Shown here in pieces: positions 24,417-26,061 of a DNA stretch of 26,061 nt. The notes beneath the pieces were generated by a model. That model was given only the letters and a program-made list of their open reading frames with translations. It had not been told where the DNA came from and searched no databases. The stretch lies in the UHGV virus genome UHGV-0036034; one strand, written 5' to 3'. The stretch comes from a virus. Numbering within the stretch: the first letter of the stretch is position 1; each line of letters opens with the position of its first letter. Made by a program: the position numbers and the translations under genes.

Positions 24417-25009
24417 TGATTACTATCCTGACGTTCTTTGAGTCGCTTCCTGGCTGCTGCTATGCGATCAGCAATTGTCACATTCACATTAACATCCAGA
24501 CGTTCTTTGAACGCGTTGACATCAACATGCTTACCAATCAGCTCAAGGTTCTTCACCTTGTCAGGCCATTTAATTTTTTTGAGGATTGTCTCTATCGAAT
24601 CCTCGTTCATGTTCATGATGGTCGATGACAGATCAAAGCCACTAAGCGTAGTGCGCCAGATTTTCGGCCACTCGCGGATTGGCTTAAGGCTCCCATCGTC
24701 GTTGAGGATGTCGATCACGTCCATCTGGTCGATCTCCACCAGGCGCATGAGAACGTAATCAGCACTGACGCGCATTCGTTTGTTGCGCTCCTCCATCAAC
24801 TCGGCAATCCGTTTTTGAATGCGTTCATCGCGCATCATGACACTGGCTTTAACTGCCGCTGTATTTGGGGAGAATCCTGCGTTAATCGCTGCCTGAGTCT
24901 GGTTTTCAGGCGTTTTGATGTATGACTGGCAATAAGCCTCCTGCATTGCTGTGAGCGGCTTAAATTGCGTTGATTTGCGTTTATAGGTTTTAGGTTCAGC
25001 AGGCATCAT
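24413..25009 (-). CDS. Terminase small subunit
   Basis: Start taken as ATG 25009 or 25006 (MMPAEPKTYKRK...) with GGTGG upstream, rather than the track's TTG at 25087, because a terminator hairpin and tandem repeats lie in between. Helix-rich basic protein immediately upstream of and overlapping the large subunit. Confidence 0.7.
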   Translation of the reverse strand: MMPAEPKTYKRKSTQFKPLTAMQEAYCQSYIKTPENQTQAAINAGFSPNTAAVKASVMMRDERIQKRIAELMEERNKRMRVSADYVLMRLVEIDQMDVIDILNDDGSLKPIREWPKIWRTTLSGFDLSSTIMNMNEDSIETILKKIKWPDKVKNLELIGKHVDVNAFKERLDVNVNVTIADRIAAARKRLKERQDSNQ

Positions 25010-25016
25010 AACCACC

Positions 25017-25048
25017 GTGGTAATAGTTACCGTTGTGGTAATAGTACC
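25017..25048. repeat. Tandem direct repeat GTGGTAATAGTTACC / GTGGTAATAGTACC in the terminase leader
   Basis: Two copies with an 18-bp period (25017-25031 and 25035-25048). Each contains GGTAA..TTACC half-sites in the opposite arrangement to the 15-bp motif. Confidence 0.6.
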
Positions 25049-25050
25049 AT

Positions 25051-25078
25051 GCAAAATAAAGCCGCCATAGTTGGCGGC
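25051..25078 (-). terminator. Intrinsic terminator separating the upstream small genes from the terminase/structural operon
   Basis: GCCGCC-ATAGTT-GGCGGC hairpin (25061-25078), followed on the minus strand by TTTATTTT. Confidence 0.55.
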
Positions 25079-25119
25079 AGTATTCAAAGTCCATCAAATT
25101 CATCATGCATAATCTACTC

Positions 25120-25131
25120 GTGACATGTCAC
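25120..25131. repeat. 12-bp perfect palindrome GTGACATGTCAC, copy 3
   Basis: Exact 12-mer overlapping the TGA stop of gene 25128..25469, about 30 nt before the terminator hairpin upstream of the terminase small subunit. Confidence 0.9.
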
Positions 25132-25469
25132 ACTATTAATTTCGTTTCATGCCAGCCTTTGGTCACCCAGCATTGCGAGTCACCACTACACGGGCATGAA
25201 TTCACAGGAACTCTCTCGCCGCACTTACCGCAACGTTTTCTGCTGATCGATTTTATACGCCCGCGCACGCGTGCATCATCCTGGCGGATCAGTAACGCTA
25301 TATACTCACCAAATTCGTAAGGCGCACGCCCGGGGCGACGCGTGGCGCAGTTCCGCTCCAGCATTTCAATTTCCTGAGCATCAAGCACAATCTCCAGCTT
25401 ACGTACACCGGATGCAGCTTGTCTGGCTCTCTGAGCGGCTTTGCGCTCTGCTGCTGATTTAGCCATCAA
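25128..25469 (-). CDS. Small basic protein with C-terminal Cys cluster (113 aa), possible DNA-binding or zinc-ribbon protein
   Basis: Basic N-terminal helix region (AERKAAQRARQAASGVRKLEIVLDAQEIEMLE) and C-terminal CGKCGERVPVNSCPCSG. Start overlaps the upstream gene by 11 nt. Confidence 0.55.
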   Translation of the reverse strand: MMAKSAAERKAAQRARQAASGVRKLEIVLDAQEIEMLERNCATRRPGRAPYEFGEYIALLIRQDDARVRGRIKSISRKRCGKCGERVPVNSCPCSGDSQCWVTKGWHETKLIV

Positions 25470-25740
25470 TATTCACCTTTATCGCGAACACTTTTACCGG
25501 TTTATCGCCGAAGTGCGGATGCGTGATTGTCTTGATTTCATATCCGTCATACGAAACATCAATTCTACGGCTGGAATCGTCGCGCTTCGGATATCCCTTT
25601 GTGATAATCAGGCGGTCATACTCCCGGAACATAATTCGCTTATTCCAGTAGTCATTACACAGGCGATATTCTTCTGTTTTCTCTCCGCAAATCATGGCAT
25701 CGAAGTATTCACCTTTAACGGCAAGTTGCAGGTTAGCCAC
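25459..25740 (-). CDS. ASCH/PUA-like small protein candidate (93 aa)
   Basis: N-terminal LAVKGEYFDAMICGEKTEEYRL resembles the ASCH-domain opening strand pattern. Translationally coupled to both neighbours. Assignment from motif memory only. Confidence 0.5.
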   Translation of the reverse strand: MANLQLAVKGEYFDAMICGEKTEEYRLCNDYWNKRIMFREYDRLIITKGYPKRDDSSRRIDVSYDGYEIKTITHPHFGDKPVKVFAIKVNIDG

Positions 25741-26053
25741 GGTTAACCTCCTGCGGCGGTTCTGGTAGCGGCATCCAGTGTGTTACCTGCTCAACACCAT
25801 TGCCCGGCTTAATCGTTGCATCTCCGCGCCGGAATGTGCTTCCGGTATAGCGTGCGGAGCATATTAGCGGTTCAACCAGAGAGCTATCAAAATTCACCGA
25901 AATAAGCACGTTCTGGCCCTTTTCAGGCATTTGATCACTACAGCTTATCCAGCCATCCGTAGTTACCGGAGGAGTGCCCGATAGCGCGGTCTGCTCCAGT
26001 GATGCTTTTACAAACCACGCGGCCTGAACTATTACGTCATGAATCCAGCGCAA
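25733..26053 (-). CDS. DUF551-like phage protein candidate (106 aa)
   Basis: GWISCSDQMPEKGQNVLIS and the C-terminal HWMPLPEPP pattern are characteristic of the DUF551 family common in enterobacterial prophages. The start lies 8 nt from the window edge, so the true N-terminus may lie outside. Confidence 0.5.
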   Translation of the reverse strand: MRWIHDVIVQAAWFVKASLEQTALSGTPPVTTDGWISCSDQMPEKGQNVLISVNFDSSLVEPLICSARYTGSTFRRGDATIKPGNGVEQVTHWMPLPEPPQEVNRG

Positions 26054-26061
26054 ATCAGCCT

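Noticed and set aside
25010-25087. TTG-start N-terminal extension of the terminase small subunit
   Set aside because: It would translate a terminator hairpin and tandem DNA repeats into a Thr/Val-rich tail; an ATG pair with an upstream GGTGG lies at 25009/25006.
1-26061. CRISPR array, integrase, attachment site or insertion sequence
   Set aside because: No regularly spaced direct repeats, no recombinase-like ORF and no terminal inverted repeats were seen; the window appears to lie wholly inside the late region.

Overview
This 26 kb window is almost entirely one strand (minus) of a phage or prophage late region, read from high to low coordinates: three small upstream genes (DUF551-like, ASCH-like, basic Cys-cluster protein), terminase small and large subunits, a small gene, portal, scaffold, major capsid protein, small head/connector genes, T7-type tail tubular proteins A and B, five internal virion/ejection-type proteins, two small membrane proteins, a tailspike with a C-terminal SGNH esterase domain, and a lysis cassette (two membrane proteins, GH19 endolysin, Rz with embedded Rz1). 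The gene content points to a short-tailed (podovirus-type) temperate phage. Two plus-strand cargo islands interrupt this block. One (4487-5311) carries an 86-aa unknown protein and a signal-peptide microprotein. The other (21812-22940) carries a tRNA-Arg(UCU) and a small conserved phage protein, bracketed by three intrinsic terminators. The most interesting signals are two recurring motifs: a 15-bp inverted-repeat element found at three promoter-like sites in front of the plus-strand cargo, and a perfect 12-bp palindrome GTGACATGTCAC found three times at stop-codon/terminator junctions, two of them bracketing the terminase module. CDS coordinates follow the supplied ORF track; motif coordinates were derived by hand and may be off by 1-2 nt. 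No homology search was possible, so all family assignments are from motif recognition.
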